Shown here: positions 11,366 to 25,329 of the stretch, piece by piece | How the letters are laid out: every line of letters starts with the position of its first letter | Numbering within the stretch: the first letter of the stretch is position 1 | Origin: Octopus bimaculoides | Taxonomy: Eukaryota | Direction of reading: 5' to 3' | Assembly: GCF_001194135.2 (NCBI RefSeq) | Contig: NC_068981.1 | Coordinates: forward strand, 36,967,989 to 37,017,094 | DNA: 49,106 nucleotides | Notes under the pieces: generated by a model | What the model was told of the DNA's origin: nothing | Databases searched by the model: none | Seen by the model: the letters and a program-made list of their open reading frames with translations, nothing else | Translations under genes and position numbers: made by a program

Positions 11366-12044
11366 AATGTTATTACAGTATTAGTGATTGATAATGTTTA
11401 TTCAATAATATCTTTTTTTTTCCTGTCTGAAACCAAACTGAAAACATAGAATCAATTCCGTCATTCTTACTCTTAATCTTGTCGGTGGCACTCTGATAAA
11501 GATGCTTGCGGTGGTGCACCTATGATTTCTGGTACAGCAACGGTTTTATTTTGATGCTGGTGGATGGACACAATAGAAAAGAAATAAAAAGAATCATGTA
11601 TAGAATTTAAGATGTTTATAGTAATATTACAATGAGAACCAGAAATGAAATCAAAAGTGTTAGCTTGAAACAGCCGTTTAAGCATGTGTCATACACAAAG
11701 GTTTTTAAACAAAAGAAGATATGGATAGGTGTTTACTTCAAACTTAAATTTTATGTTGCAAGGAATATTCAAACAGTGAATATTTCGAGTCCTGGAAATT
11801 GCAGCCTTTTAGTCTGTGCCGTCTTAAGGAAAGGATACACTTGGCAGTTGCGCAGGGTCTCCACTGGTGAAAGAGTCTAATACAAATCTATGTATGCATT
11901 GACGATAAGGCCTAGTACACGGATTTCTCCGGAAGCCTACAACGCTGCTAAGACAGCCATGCTTTCAGTTATAATGTATTAAAGAATATTCTACATTTGT
12001 ATCAAGCCCTGTAATTTATCGCTTCTGGTGAATCAACAGAGATT

Positions 12045-12046
<2 letters not shown>

Positions 12047-12094
<48 letters not shown>

Positions 12095-12406
12095 NNNNNN
12101 NNNNNNNNNNNNNNNNNNNNNNNNNNNNNNNNNNNNNNNNNNNNNNNNNNNNNNNNNNNNNNNNNNNNNNNNNNNNNNNNNNNNNNNNNNNNNNNNNNNN
12201 NNNNNNNNNNNNNNNNNNNNNNNNNNNNNNNNNNNNNNNNNNNNNNNNNNNNNNNNNNNNNNNNNNNNNNNNNNNNNNNNNNNNNNNNNNNNNNNNNNNN
12301 NNNNNNNNNNNNNNNNNNNNNNNNNNNNNNNNNNNNNNNNNNNNNNNNNNNNNNNNNNNNNNNNNNNNNNNNNNNNNNNNNNNNNNNNNNNNNNNNNNNN
12401 NNNNNN
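12047..12406. repeat. (CA)n microsatellite running into an assembly gap (N 12095-12406)
   Basis: Directly visible. The other gaps (13241-13554, 14923-15233, 16077-16160, 22777-23340, 27777-28087, 30209-30220) are likewise bordered by (TA)n on one or both sides. Confidence 0.95.
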
Positions 12407-12722
12407 CAGACCGGGCGTTGTGAGTGTTTATTGAGCGAAAACACCTAAAGTTTCACGAGGCTCCGGCATGAGGTGGTGGCGAACCCTGCTGTACTCTTTC
12501 ACCACAACTTTCTTTCACTCTTTCTTCCTGTTTCTGTTGTACCTGTATTTCAAAGGGCCAGCCTTGTCACACTCTGTGTCACGCTGAATCTCGCCGAGAA
12601 CTACGTTAAGAGTACACGTGTCTGTGGAGTGCTCAGCCACTTGCACGTTAATTTCACGAGCTGGCTGTTCCATTGATCGGATCAACTGGAACCCTCGTCG
12701 TCGTAACTGACGGAGCGCCACG
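12407..12722. mobile_element. Interspersed repeat of unclear class (GC-richer, probably retroelement-derived)
   Basis: Abrupt island of about 50% GC beside a microsatellite gap, with no meaningful ORF. It resembles a common Octopus repeat from memory only, so the class is unverified. Confidence 0.4.
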
Positions 12723-13554
12723 ATAGAGTAGCCTATCAGATTAACATAAAATTACTTTCATTATAATTGAACATAGGACAAACATTACTATATATATATT
12801 ATATCACATCTTTATTTATTTACTTTTTTAAAGAGATGGAACTTCTTGTGCTTTCCTCTGCTGTCTAATATTTCTGCCTTCAAGAAGTTAGCGCTATGTA
12901 ATACTTTGGCTTCTTCTTTCACTGAAAATGATGCAAGTAAACGCATACACACATACAAGTATATAACCTCAACTCCTTACATTCAAATTGTTTATTTAAC
13001 ATTTCATTATTTACCTTTTCAGATCTTATTTTATATTTCGTTCAGAATAAACATGCCTTTATAAAACGTTTTATTATAAGAAAATAAAACGACACTTCGA
13101 AAATGGGTGAATGTTCTGCATGTGCGTGTGTGTTCCTATTTAGACTATTAAATCCATAGTATAGATTTTATATCAGATATTCTAATGAACACGAAAACGA
13201 GATAACTATAAGCATGGCTTCACAATCTTATATATACATANNNNNNNNNNNNNNNNNNNNNNNNNNNNNNNNNNNNNNNNNNNNNNNNNNNNNNNNNNNN
13301 NNNNNNNNNNNNNNNNNNNNNNNNNNNNNNNNNNNNNNNNNNNNNNNNNNNNNNNNNNNNNNNNNNNNNNNNNNNNNNNNNNNNNNNNNNNNNNNNNNNN
13401 NNNNNNNNNNNNNNNNNNNNNNNNNNNNNNNNNNNNNNNNNNNNNNNNNNNNNNNNNNNNNNNNNNNNNNNNNNNNNNNNNNNNNNNNNNNNNNNNNNNN
13501 NNNNNNNNNNNNNNNNNNNNNNNNNNNNNNNNNNNNNNNNNNNNNNNNNNNNNN

Positions 13555-13599
<45 letters not shown>

Positions 13600-14049
13600 T
13601 ATATATATACATATATAGGCATATTTCCGTTCTTATCCTGAATCATCTGAACGCGAGGACAATTTGCCGTTTTCTACGATCTAATCTAATAATTTGATGC
13701 TAAATGTTTCTTGGAAAAATTTCTGCCGTAGCTCCTCTGCACTACGAGGTAATGTTCCTATTTACATAACGTAATTTTTATTACATTACACATTTTGAGA
13801 GCAGTTTGTAGTGTTTGCCATTAAATATAACTTTTAATGTACAGGCTATTGCAATTTAACCTTAATTTCTTCTGAAAAATTATTCAATATATTCAACAAT
13901 CGATGCACAAATTTCATTTCTCAAAACGATAATTGTTCCCATTAAAAATATATTGCGTCTTTATAAAATTCCTTACTCCATACAATTCTGAGCACTCCTG
14001 ATGAAAACAAGCGGTAACTCCCTATATTATTGAGATTATCAATTATTAA

Positions 14050-14275
14050 TACATTTAATTTATATAGTATCTATTGTACATACACCTCATGTTGCATCGC
14101 AGACGTCTCAAACATCAATCTCACCTTTAATCTCTCTGAAGTAATCGTTATTGGAGAAATTAATGTGCACAATTCGTCGTTGCCTTCACACTTCTTCCAT
14201 ACTGGCATTGCTGGGTACAAAGCGAAATTGTTTGCCACCTCATCAGTCTGCCTCAGTGAGTACTCATTCTTTTTT
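14050..14275 (+). mobile_element. CR1/L2-like LINE endonuclease remnant
   Basis: LSEVIVIGEINVHNSSLPSHFFHTGIAG..A..FA resembles ...II(L/M)GDFNVHN..W....TD..G..A..FA. Confidence 0.5.
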
Positions 14276-14883
14276 TTTTTATTCCTAACAATCACAGATG
14301 CGCCAAACTTTTATGTTCTAAACCCTAAGTGATTTGCCCAGATCTGTGCAGAAGTAATATAAATAAAATAACATTGTCTATAATTTCTTGATCATGTCAC
14401 CAACAGGGTGGGTTTACTCACAATAGCTTTGAAGCTAACATATGAAAAGTAAAGGTGTGTTTGTACCTCACACCCTTGTTATAACAGAACTTTCTGGTAT
14501 TTTACTAAGAGATTACCATGTATTATATGGATCACTTCTACCCATCGCTCATTAACCGAAATTTTTATGTTGTGAAGTTTTACATTGGCTACTCACTTTA
14601 CGACTAACTTCACACTTCACACGCTTGATATTGGTCACAATATCAACAGACATACAATAGAACTGAGAAAAACTGTAATTCAAAATGGCTGATGTATTCA
14701 CATTGCGGAAAATAGAATTTCCTTCTTAGCCCTCAACAAAGAAATAATTCAAGTATATATTTCATTAGTGTCAACAATTACAATAAATTCATTACCATTT
14801 AAGAAACTAATCTAAAACTAATTAACGAAAATCCGATCGAACACACACATAAACACACGTACATGTGTGTTTGTGTATTTCTA

Positions 14884-14922
<39 letters not shown>

Positions 14923-16902
14923 NNNNNNNNNNNNNNNNNNNNNNNNNNNNNNNNNNNNNNNNNNNNNNNNNNNNNNNNNNNNNNNNNNNNNNNNNNNNNN
15001 NNNNNNNNNNNNNNNNNNNNNNNNNNNNNNNNNNNNNNNNNNNNNNNNNNNNNNNNNNNNNNNNNNNNNNNNNNNNNNNNNNNNNNNNNNNNNNNNNNNN
15101 NNNNNNNNNNNNNNNNNNNNNNNNNNNNNNNNNNNNNNNNNNNNNNNNNNNNNNNNNNNNNNNNNNNNNNNNNNNNNNNNNNNNNNNNNNNNNNNNNNNN
15201 NNNNNNNNNNNNNNNNNNNNNNNNNNNNNNNNNTATATATATATATATATATATCTGTATGTATGTATGTATGTATGTATGTATATAATCGTCTGAGAAT
15301 CCAGAGGTCAGAGAATTATGCACTTATCAATAGAGTTGGTATATTAATCAAATTATGCAGTATTGTAGATCCATTCCAGTCGATCTTCCTAATCAGTTTC
15401 GTACTTGGTATTTATTAACAGTTATTATATCAGAGCACGGATAAGTAACACTACGTGTTCTTCAGAGATGGCATGTATGGAAAATAAACAACAACTAGTC
15501 TGTGTTATTGGAGGTGAAAAATGTCACATCCGGTTTGTAGGTGTTATGAAGAAAGACGAAATGTAGTCGAGGGGAGCCTCAGAGTATCAGAGATTCGAGA
15601 GTTTGCTAAAAATAGATGCAACAGGATTAGGGATCGTTACTTTTATAGGTTTGACATATATGTAGGGGCTTTGTGGGGATTGAAGTGTTAGACTGGTGCC
15701 CGAGCCTCTACGCCCATGCTTGGGCACCTATGTGTGTACATTTCAGTATGTTTTGGTTCTCAGGATGTGAGGGTGGGAGGGCGAAAGGCAGAGAACCTGT
15801 GCACACGGACATAGTTGAATACATATACACGTGCTTGTAGGTATATATAGATTTGGTTGTGTAAGGATATGTTTACATGTGCCGAGCTGGATATAGGCAT
15901 GAGCATTTATATATATACTTATATCTATACCTATATGTGTTTGAGTGTTTATATTTGACTATATATACGAATACACACAGAGGTGTGTGTGTATTAATGT
16001 ATGTATATCTGTATGTATATGTCTGTGTGTCTGTATGTATGTATATATATGTATGTGGTTGTCTTTATATATATANNNNNNNNNNNNNNNNNNNNNNNNN
16101 NNNNNNNNNNNNNNNNNNNNNNNNNNNNNNNNNNNNNNNNNNNNNNNNNNNNNNNNNNNNTATATAGATACATACATATATATATACATACATATACATA
16201 CATACACGCGCGCGTGCGCACACACACACATATATAACTGTATCTCTAGATTCTGACATTATTATTCTTTGACGACATATTCGTAAATTTAAATCTTTCC
16301 CCTCGAGCACCCTTGCAGGGAAAAGAGAGAGAAAGGAAGAAATGTCATGAGAAATAGTTTGCAGAAAGAAATTAGCAAATAGTTGAAAACAAAGTTGGAG
16401 CCTGTTGGCAAGACCCATTTCAACAATTTCGACATAAGACGGGGAAAAGGGGTCTGACCCAAATTCTCTAAAATGATGTCTATGATAAGGATTTTTATTT
16501 CCTTACAAAACTACAGTTCTTTGTCAAGCTCTTGCTGCCTGCCTTACGGGGTTCTGAACCGAACAAGAATAAAGAACTCTTTAAGAGTGGTAAATTCCTT
16601 AAATGCAATGCTTGTGTATGAAAGGTTATGTAGCATACTCCCTGATTTAGAAGATACGACACAGTTATGTCACTTTTATCTTCATTAAGTGGCATTGAAC
16701 ACAAACAACAGTAATACTGAATTCAGTGACAATCTGAAATTAAACAAGTAAAAAAAAAATAGCATCCGTTTCTCTATTTATTATTTGTATATTTATTTAC
16801 TTTCTATTAGGTGTGGCAATGACTGATGGAAATGGAGAGAACTGCATGGGATGTGGGTGAAGAAAATTTCAGTTATCTCAAATATTCGATTCTATGTGCA
16901 TA

Positions 16903-16938
16903 TGTGTGTGTGTGTGTGTGTGTGTCTGTGCGTGTGTG

Positions 16939-16970
<32 letters not shown>

Positions 16971-16975
16971 AGTGT
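16903..16975. repeat. (TG)n microsatellite
   Basis: Directly visible. Confidence 0.95.
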
Positions 16976-18162
16976 GCTTGTGTATAAGCATGCATATATG
17001 TATATACACATATATGTGTATATGCATACAGTATGTATACATATATGTTCATATATAAGCACACATATATGTATATATGTGTTTACGAGCGCACACACTT
17101 ACATACGTATGTATGTTTATATGTATATGTTTATATATATATGCATACTATAATGTACATAAATGCACATTTGATGGAATATTTGAGATAACTGACCTCT
17201 CTTCCATCCACCTCTCTGTACTACTCTTTCAATTTCATCGGTGACACAATGTAACCTTGATAGTTGATGGCTGAAGGCAGATTGAATCAGCATGGGGCTA
17301 TAGGTAAGGCATCAGTGAGGTAAAAAATATAAAATAAAATAAGTTTTCTGTCTAGTTGGCTGCAAGACCAATGAGATTCAAGTTGTTTTGCATCTATCTT
17401 TGTCATTTATTTTCGTTAATGTTCTGTGCTGTTTTGTTTCAATTCGACCAGATGACAGTTTGGTTGCCAGTGTGTATTGAATAAGAGAAAGCAGGAAATA
17501 AAAAAAAAACAAAATTCTCATGATAAACAAAAAAAGAACTCATTAAGTTGTTCTGCATTTGAATGAATGATTGCAGATATTTTCGTGAAAATGAAATGGA
17601 AAGGGAATAAAAAACGATTTAGCAATGTTCATTTTATTCCTAGTTATTTATTTGTATTTTCAACCCATTTTCATGTAAGTATTCTAAAGTTGTTATTATT
17701 TAGAGCTAAAGAATATAAGACATTATAAAAGTAACGACACTTTTACTCTATGCAAGCACATAAGTAAAGGATATATACACATTTGTACATACTTAAATAC
17801 ACACACATAAATGTATACAAATACACATATAAAAACACATATAAATACACATATAAATACACATACAAATACACATATATACACACATATAAATGCACTT
17901 ATATAAATCGAGTGAGAGCATCTGATGAAATGCATTATAATATTTGTCAGCACTGAAGTAAAAGTTGCTATATATAATTTGTGTCGATAAATAAAGTCCC
18001 GGTGCAAAGATTCTGTCTCTCCAGCAGCCGCATTCTTGATATTATTCCACTGGCTCAATAGCAAGAGAACAAAGAAAATAACTGTCTAGCCATGACTACA
18101 TGGACGCGTAAACTTATCAGTGACAGAATGATTCATAATATCTAATCTTCCTTGACACATAT

Positions 18163-19420
18163 CCATCCGCCCATCCATCCATCCATCCACCCATCCATCC
18201 ATCCATCCATCCATCCATCAATGCATCCATCCATCTTCTTCGCCCACTATTTCCGGGAGGGTCATGCAGATAAGAGTCCTCATGCACCTCTTCAGTTGGG
18301 TCCGATCAGAAGGAACTGCTATTACACTTTCCGGCTAGATTCCCATGTGTGGCCAACTGAGATTAAAGATATTATCCAACCATCTCATTCACGGTTACCT
18401 CTAAGTCTGCTACCAGTTGCCCTTGTTTGAAAGATCCGCCATTTGATTCTTTCAGGAGGCATTCAAATTACATGTCCGTAGTACAAGACCTGTAACCTTT
18501 CAGTGTAGAGAAGGGGTTAGACATGGAGAGGTACCTTGATCTCTGAGCTGCGTATCCTGTAGAATAACGTTATTCTAGAAATCCGGCGGAAAAACCACAT
18601 TTCGGCCGTTTGTATTTACGATAGTACTTTTTCGCTCCTGTGCCCGGTAGCACCATGTGGTCTGCTAACATAAGCCGACCGATTCTACACCTACCAATTG
18701 TGACATAACTTCCACAATGGCTGCAAATGTCAATCTTGTACAAAAAAATATAAAAAGAGAAGGGACAATACGCATCCCTGTCGAACACTTACACTAAAAT
18801 GTTTCTACTTAGCACCATTTACTTGAAAACAAACATCTGGTCAGTCGTATAGGGATTTCACGGCAGCCATAAATTGCCCATTAATCCGAAACTCATGTAA
18901 AAATCTCCACAGCATGGTACACAGTGATATGCCTTTTCAAGGGCAATATTCCCACGATTTCTCGAAGATCTGTCATAGAATGAATATCGAGTCAGTTGTA
19001 CTGCGTCTAGGACGGAAGCCGCATTATTTTCCAGCAAGCTTCGACTCGACGATTTTTTACATTTCTTTCCCAGACACCTAGCGTGGACATTAGCAGAGAT
19101 GGTCATCAAGAAAATTCCTCTATAATCAGAGTGTCCTCTCTTGTTTCCTTTGTTAAAAAATGGGACCATCACTCCTGTCTGCCACTGCTTTGGCGTCTTT
19201 CCAGAGGTTCAAACTATCTGACAAAGCGTGAGTTACCCAGTGAATACTTTCGCCCTTAAAGGCTTCTTACATCCCAGTTCGAATTTCCTCCTCCCCATTG
19301 GCCTGACCACATTTGCGTACTTTAATCGCCTCTATGGCTTCAGCCTTTGTGAGATTATTCTTCTCTCCTACATGCAATTCGTGTCCACAAGAAGATTTTA
19401 TTGTGACTAATTTGGAAGAT
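18163..19420 (-). mobile_element. RTE-clade LINE (Rex3/Expander-like), 5'-truncated and decayed, with a (TGGA)n tail
   Basis: Minus frames give EAIEAIKVRKCGQANGEEEIR, VPFFNKGNKRGHSDYRGIFLM, LEKAYHCVP and VTIGRCRIGRLMLADHMVL, which match RT motifs. The element ends GAAGAAGATGGATGGATG, as Rex3/Expander elements do. Confidence 0.8.
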
Positions 19421-20689
19421 AATCAAAGTATTCTCTCTCTCAAGGATACTCGTTGTACAGAGAACTCCATCCGAATTCTTAAAGGCAAGTGAGGAAGAGG
19501 GCTATACATATACATACACATATATACAATATATGCATATTTTTATATAATCTGGTGTAGGCAATTAAAGTAGTATGTGACATACCTCATGTATCTACAC
19601 TGATGACAGGTAAGTTACTGTGATTTTCGTTGAGACAAAATCTCATATGGATGTGCAGTGCATAAAAGCAATATATATTGAAGGAAAACGAACATTCATC
19701 CTGCCAGCTGCCAGCAAGAACCCTAGATGTATTTCGGCCATGTTGGGTCTTGTCAACGACGCATATTCGCAGCCAGACACAAGATGTACTGCAAGGCTAG
19801 CTATGAGTATATGTCACTGACAAAGACCCAAAAGGCAGACATCTGTTTAAGTATTCATGGAGTCACCGCAACATCAATGCACATCTCACTACCATACATA
19901 TACCATGTTTTTAACACAAGTTTACGAAGGTATTTTATCTCAGACAATTCCTGGGTATTATGCCTTCTAACGGTGTGTATACATTTAGTATGGTTCACAG
20001 TTGGTTATATACATATACGTATGTATGTATACATATATATGTGTGTGTGTGTGTGTGTGTATGCATGTGTATATGTATGTATTTGTGTGCATGTATATAT
20101 ATATATATTATAATACAAATTATATATGAGCATATGCATGTATACATACATATATGTACATACCTATATCTACATGTATATATAGATGCATATCCGGGTA
20201 CAGGACGTCAGAAAAGTGAACGGAGACATAAAAAACAAAAACGGACTTTGTTTACAGACAACAGAACGAACACAGGAAAACAGACAAGCCACTTTTGGAA
20301 TTATTCCTTCATCAGCTGCCTCTATTCTAAACTAGGCGTTTCGAATACATGTCTTTCTATCTATCTACATATTTATCTACCTATCTCCCTCAATATAGAT
20401 AGGATTACATGCATGTATGTAAGTTGACGTACATCAGTTAAATCATAACATGCTTCTCATAAACCAAAAAGTTCACATTTTAGTTTTCTCTAATAGTATT
20501 TAAATAAATTACCCGAATTAAAAGATCAATTTATATAGAAAGTGGGTGTTTGTAAAATAAGCTGCGCAATAAATGTAACGCCACCAAACATTGTTTAGCT
20601 TTTTTTATGAGTTCGTATCGTTAAATAGGAGTGAATTTGCCATTAACTCACCTGATTTACAAGTGGTCACCGATCTTCTGTCTTCTTTC

Positions 20690-20760
20690 TTCTTTGTAGT
20701 TTCAGCTCAGGGCTGCGGCCATGCTGGAACCCCGCCGTTAAACAAAATTTATGCAGATAA
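20690..20760 (-). mobile_element. 3' tail fragment of the CORE-type SINE or its partner LINE
   Basis: GCTGCGGCCATGCTGGAACCCCGCC is homologous to CTGCGGCCATGCTGGGGCACCGCC at 21844-21867. Confidence 0.5.
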
Positions 20761-21008
20761 ATCTCTCCCCAAACCACAGTGTATTGCTTTAAAAGCGGAT
20801 ACAATGGATAATTCACTATCTCCGAATAACAACAAATAGGAGGAACGTGCTGGAATGGATATGATCATGGGTCAGCTTGATTAGGGTCGAGCATGATAAT
20901 AAAGTTGAGAAATAACAGTTATTGAGAAACAGCAGAGAAATAGTAGTTAATTTTTTGAGCTTTAGGAAGGAAATGATTTAAATAAGTTTCGCTACAGGCG
21001 CACATGTA

Positions 21009-22400
21009 TACAGCGAATCCTCAATTAGGACTGTTAGGGTTCAACGAAAACGTCTCACTGATAGAACATAGTAATTTACAAGATTATAAAATACATTAGT
21101 AATTGGTTCAAGAACTTCCAAAAGATTTGACTGAATTCTTTTCTTATATAAATATAGTTCTTTTAATATTTTTAAGGATGGTGAAAATGTCACAATTCAT
21201 TCCGAGAAAACTTTTTAAGAGACTTAAGCTGGGTGTTTTGAATCACATTTTTGTCTCTTCTCTTTTCCTCCACTCTCATTTGCCTTTAACAGGAAAGTTC
21301 TTTGTTCAAGTTTCTCCAAACTTGCATGCGTCAATCGATGCTGAAGTCGACACTCATTATTGCTTGAACTTTGCAATTTCATGAAACCTCGTATCAATTT
21401 CTTCATTTCATTTGTTAATTTTTTTCGACTTCTTGATCGCTTCCATGCTATCGATCCATATTAATAAGGTTGTGTTTCTTGAAATAATCTTTTTATTGAC
21501 GAATTTTTTTTTTAAGAATTTGGAAAATTTTTCTGCTGCATTCTTTTTTTTTACACTTGCAGCTTCGCCTGTTATAACAATATGAATTCTTGTTTGAGTT
21601 TTGACTCTGGTAAATCCAACTGAGATAGCAATGAAAGTGTTTTTTCCCCCTTCCTGCTGGAATATTTCTTCCATAAATTTATCTTTAATTGTAGGAAAAC
21701 GCTTAAAATAATAATCCTGATGCATAAGGAAATTGGTTTTGGGTTGCATTCTTTAGACCACAAATACACAAGAAGCTGCATTTTAACCACCATATTGCTT
21801 CTATTCTTTTTTCATCTTTTACTTGTTTCAGTCATTTATTTAACTGCGGCCATGCTGGGGCACCGCCTTGTAGAAATTTAGTCGAACGAATCGACCCGGT
21901 ACTTGCCTTCAAGAGCTTGTACCTATTCTATCGTTCTCTTTTTGCCGAATCACTAAGTTACGGGGACGAAAACACACAATCACCGGTTTTCAAGCGATGG
22001 TATATATATATATATATATATACACGACGGGATTTTTTCAATTTCCGTCTACCAAATCTACTCTGAAGGCATTGGCCGGCCCGAGGCTAAAGAAGAAACA
22101 CTTGCCCAAAGTTTTCTGCCGTAGGATTGAACGTGTTGAGCCTGCAACCATGTGATTGGGAAGGACACGTGCTACCATGCAACCACGCTTGCGTCTTGTT
22201 TGCGTAACTGAAGTAATTTTTTTTCCTTGCAGTCATCTATGTTGCTTATAATTGTTAACAGTGTCGTCTCATTTCTTCCCAAGTCTTATTCTATTTCATG
22301 CTTGATGTTGCCGCGTTTAGGTCCTTTTACGACATTCAATTTATCGTCGAGAGTTAACACTTCCTTCTAAACGCATGCACATGTTTTGCTAGAATCCTTT
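21009..22400 (-). mobile_element. Tigger/pogo-like DNA transposon remnant, interrupted by a SINE
   Basis: Minus frames: RKVLTLDDKLNVVKG..(HTH_psq-like)..DLGRNETTLLTII; VKMQLLVYLWSKECNPKPISL; HIVITGEAASVKKKNAAEKFSKFLKK (compare H.VK.TGEAASAD..AAE.F...LKK). A TIR-like TACAGCGAATCCTC lies near 21008. Confidence 0.75.
21803..22196 (-). mobile_element. CORE-type tRNA-derived SINE (family B, ~390 bp, internal (TA)n), inserted into the Tigger remnant
   Basis: The RC has a tRNA-like head, a CORE-like ACTTTGGGCAAGTGTTTCTTC..AGCCTCGGGCC, internal (TA)n and a LINE-like tail ...GCGGTGCCCCAGCATGGCCGCAG..TGACTGAAACAAGTAAAAG. Confidence 0.85.
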
Positions 22401-22685
22401 CATTTATAGTTATTGAAGCGAAGTTGAATATGTTATTTCGTTGAGGTGACGAAATACTATCGCAATATGACACAAAAGTCTTGTAATGACGCGTCATTAT
22501 CAAAACAAGTACTAATTTGATGTTTGAGAATAATTTTCTACACGACGTTTCAAAATATTAATTTGCTTAATAAAAATTTTGTTTTCTTAGGGAAGTGGGA
22601 ATGTTGTGTCAGTTTATAAACTGAGCTACCTCGAACTGTGCTAACTCTACTAATCTAATGTGTGTTATTCGGGACACACATGCAT

Positions 22686-23497
22686 ATAATCGTACAAGGC
22701 ACATGTATGAATGTATGTTTCGATGAATGTATGTAATTATGTAAGCGTGTATATATATATATATATATATATATATNNNNNNNNNNNNNNNNNNNNNNNN
22801 NNNNNNNNNNNNNNNNNNNNNNNNNNNNNNNNNNNNNNNNNNNNNNNNNNNNNNNNNNNNNNNNNNNNNNNNNNNNNNNNNNNNNNNNNNNNNNNNNNNN
22901 NNNNNNNNNNNNNNNNNNNNNNNNNNNNNNNNNNNNNNNNNNNNNNNNNNNNNNNNNNNNNNNNNNNNNNNNNNNNNNNNNNNNNNNNNNNNNNNNNNNN
23001 NNNNNNNNNNNNNNNNNNNNNNNNNNNNNNNNNNNNNNNNNNNNNNNNNNNNNNNNNNNNNNNNNNNNNNNNNNNNNNNNNNNNNNNNNNNNNNNNNNNN
23101 NNNNNNNNNNNNNNNNNNNNNNNNNNNNNNNNNNNNNNNNNNNNNNNNNNNNNNNNNNNNNNNNNNNNNNNNNNNNNNNNNNNNNNNNNNNNNNNNNNNN
23201 NNNNNNNNNNNNNNNNNNNNNNNNNNNNNNNNNNNNNNNNNNNNNNNNNNNNNNNNNNNNNNNNNNNNNNNNNNNNNNNNNNNNNNNNNNNNNNNNNNNN
23301 NNNNNNNNNNNNNNNNNNNNNNNNNNNNNNNNNNNNNNNNATATATATATATATAAATGTATATATGTATATATGTCTATATATGTTTGTACATATTTAT
23401 GTATATATATTTATGTGTGTGTGTACATATATATACATACGTACGTACATACGTGTGTGTGTGTGTGTGTGTGGTGTGTGTGTGTGTATGTGCATGC
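22686..23497. repeat. Probable donor copy of the segment duplicated at 27699-28712 (contains a 564-N gap)
   Basis: 22686-22776 matches 27698-27776 and 23341-23497 matches 28541-28712, including the non-repetitive ATAATCGTACAAGGCACATGTATGAATGTATGTTTCGATG. Confidence 0.85.
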
Positions 23498-23574
23498 GTG
23501 CATTGTTGAAATCAATAAATTCAATCAGGGAACACGTTTCATGTTTCCATTTACATAAAAAAAAATTGGTAAAA

Positions 23575-23935
23575 ATGTTGAAGCTTCCATACATAGTATC
23601 AACGTCACTCCAGCTAGAAAGGATCATTACCTCTGAAGCAACTTAACTTATCATGCTGTACCACAGTAACCTAGTGAGAGCTTATTGACCAAATCAATAA
23701 AATAAAACGTGCTAAATACCACAAACTGGTAGAGAAGTGGAAGAACGGGAGATAGAAAGCACAGGATCCTCTAGAAGTGGGTTGTAGAGGTTTTGCAGGA
23801 TGCTCACTCGGCGAGGTCTTAGAAGCATTCAGTCTGGACGTGAAACTACAAAGAAATTCTGAGAATGTCAGATGGCGAAAGACCCGAGCCACTTGATGAT
23901 TCCAGGTTATATTACCACTGACGCATCCCAGTTCA
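23575..23935 (+). mobile_element. HERO-type (RLE) non-LTR retrotransposon 3' fragment
   Basis: LPYIVSTSLQLERIITSEAT*LIML..KRAKYHKLVEKW....PLEVGCRGFAGCSL matches the PD..I.S..TK.LI..ELTVPWE...KR.KY..LV...P.EVGCRGF pattern of HERO elements. Confidence 0.75.
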
Positions 23936-24797
23936 TCTAGAATTTGTAACATGCACGCTGGTGAACTGTCTTTGCCAAGACTTCAATAAGAAGCAGGGAT
24001 GGCAGAACCAGGCATAATAATCAAGAAAAACAAGCCTAATCAGAATATTATAGTCACAAGCTGGCAGAGATACTGTGAAAATATGTAAAACACTCAGTGT
24101 GTAATAAGATCCACATATGTAACACCGTCTATGCCTATATACATATGTACATATGCACATGCACGCACGCACACACGCATGCACACACATACACACATAG
24201 AGATAGGAAGTGATAAATGCACACAGCTACACAAACCTGTATACACACAAATCTACCCTGTTTGCTGTTGTTTAAATTCCAACGATATTGTTGTTCTTGG
24301 TTAAAAACCGACTGTTTGTTAGTGAGAAATTCGAAAAATAAAGCATGGACACCCATCCGTCCATCAATACCTACAAACACAGGAACATGCATGCATGCAC
24401 ATGTACATACAGAATTTGACGGTATTTATACGTGAAAAGTTCAATAGAAAATATGGAAAGGTATAAGAACGTGTTTTGATAAGGTGGGTTGGTGGCTAAA
24501 CCAACCTTTATATTGTCGCAGTATTTGGAATGTCGTTATTGAAATGGAAAGGATTGTCATTGTATGGCTCCTTAAGAATTCCTAAAATTGTATATAAAAT
24601 ATAATTGTATATAGAGATTCTACAAAAGGTATGTAGTTAGGGTTGTTTTGACTCCTGGAAATTGATGAATATTATTAATTGAGCTGCTGGTCAGGAAAAG
24701 GTGAAACGAATTGCAAGCTGTGATTGTGAAAGGAGTGCCTGTATATGTTTGTGTGCTTTTGTGTATGTGTGTGTGTGTATGTGTGTATATGTGTGTA

Positions 24798-24835
<38 letters not shown>

Positions 24836-25329
24836 TGTGCGTGGATAGATAGCTGGATGAGTGGAGGGATAGTTGTGCGTTTGTGTAGTGTGTGTGCGTG
24901 TATGCATTCTGGTGAGAGTTTCCGTAGAATAAATAGTCTAACCTTCTAAAATAAATTGTATATACATTCCAAGGCTAGTAGATTGTCATGTACGCCTTAA
25001 TACACGAGATACAACAAAAGGAATATAGCAATGAAGCACTCACAAAAACAAGACACTAAAATAGATAGCTAAGGAATCTACATTTTCGGAAAAACAACTA
25101 AACTAAAAATATAATAATAAAAATAAGAACTCAAAATTAAAGAATATAAATAAGAATACTGGTAAAATACGTAAGAAAATATAACCAAAACTCAGCATAC
25201 TTCAATATATAAGTATGTGAGTTTGTGTGTGTGTGTGTGTTCGTGTGTGTATTGAGCATCCTAGTATCCTCCATACGGATCACATGTTCCATTGAGTGCC
25301 AATTTTTGATAGACTTAACTCTTGGCTTA

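Noticed and set aside
12016-16418. Long ORFs in the track containing X runs
   Set aside because: Artefacts of N gaps and (TA)n, (CA)n or (TG)n repeats. The same applies to 22711-23646, 27493-28135 and the poly-I/L/N/YI/CV ORFs elsewhere.
18809-18820. 11-nt match to the miR-29 5' end (TAGCACCATTT)
   Set aside because: Inside an RTE remnant with no precursor hairpin; a chance match. I recognised no conserved miRNA, tRNA, snRNA or rRNA gene in the window.
20285-20345. Minus-strand CTGATGAAGGAATAATTCCAAAAG hammerhead-like motif
   Set aside because: GAAA is replaced by AAAA and no consistent stem I or UH register was found. It may be a Penelope-like relic but cannot be supported as an HHR.
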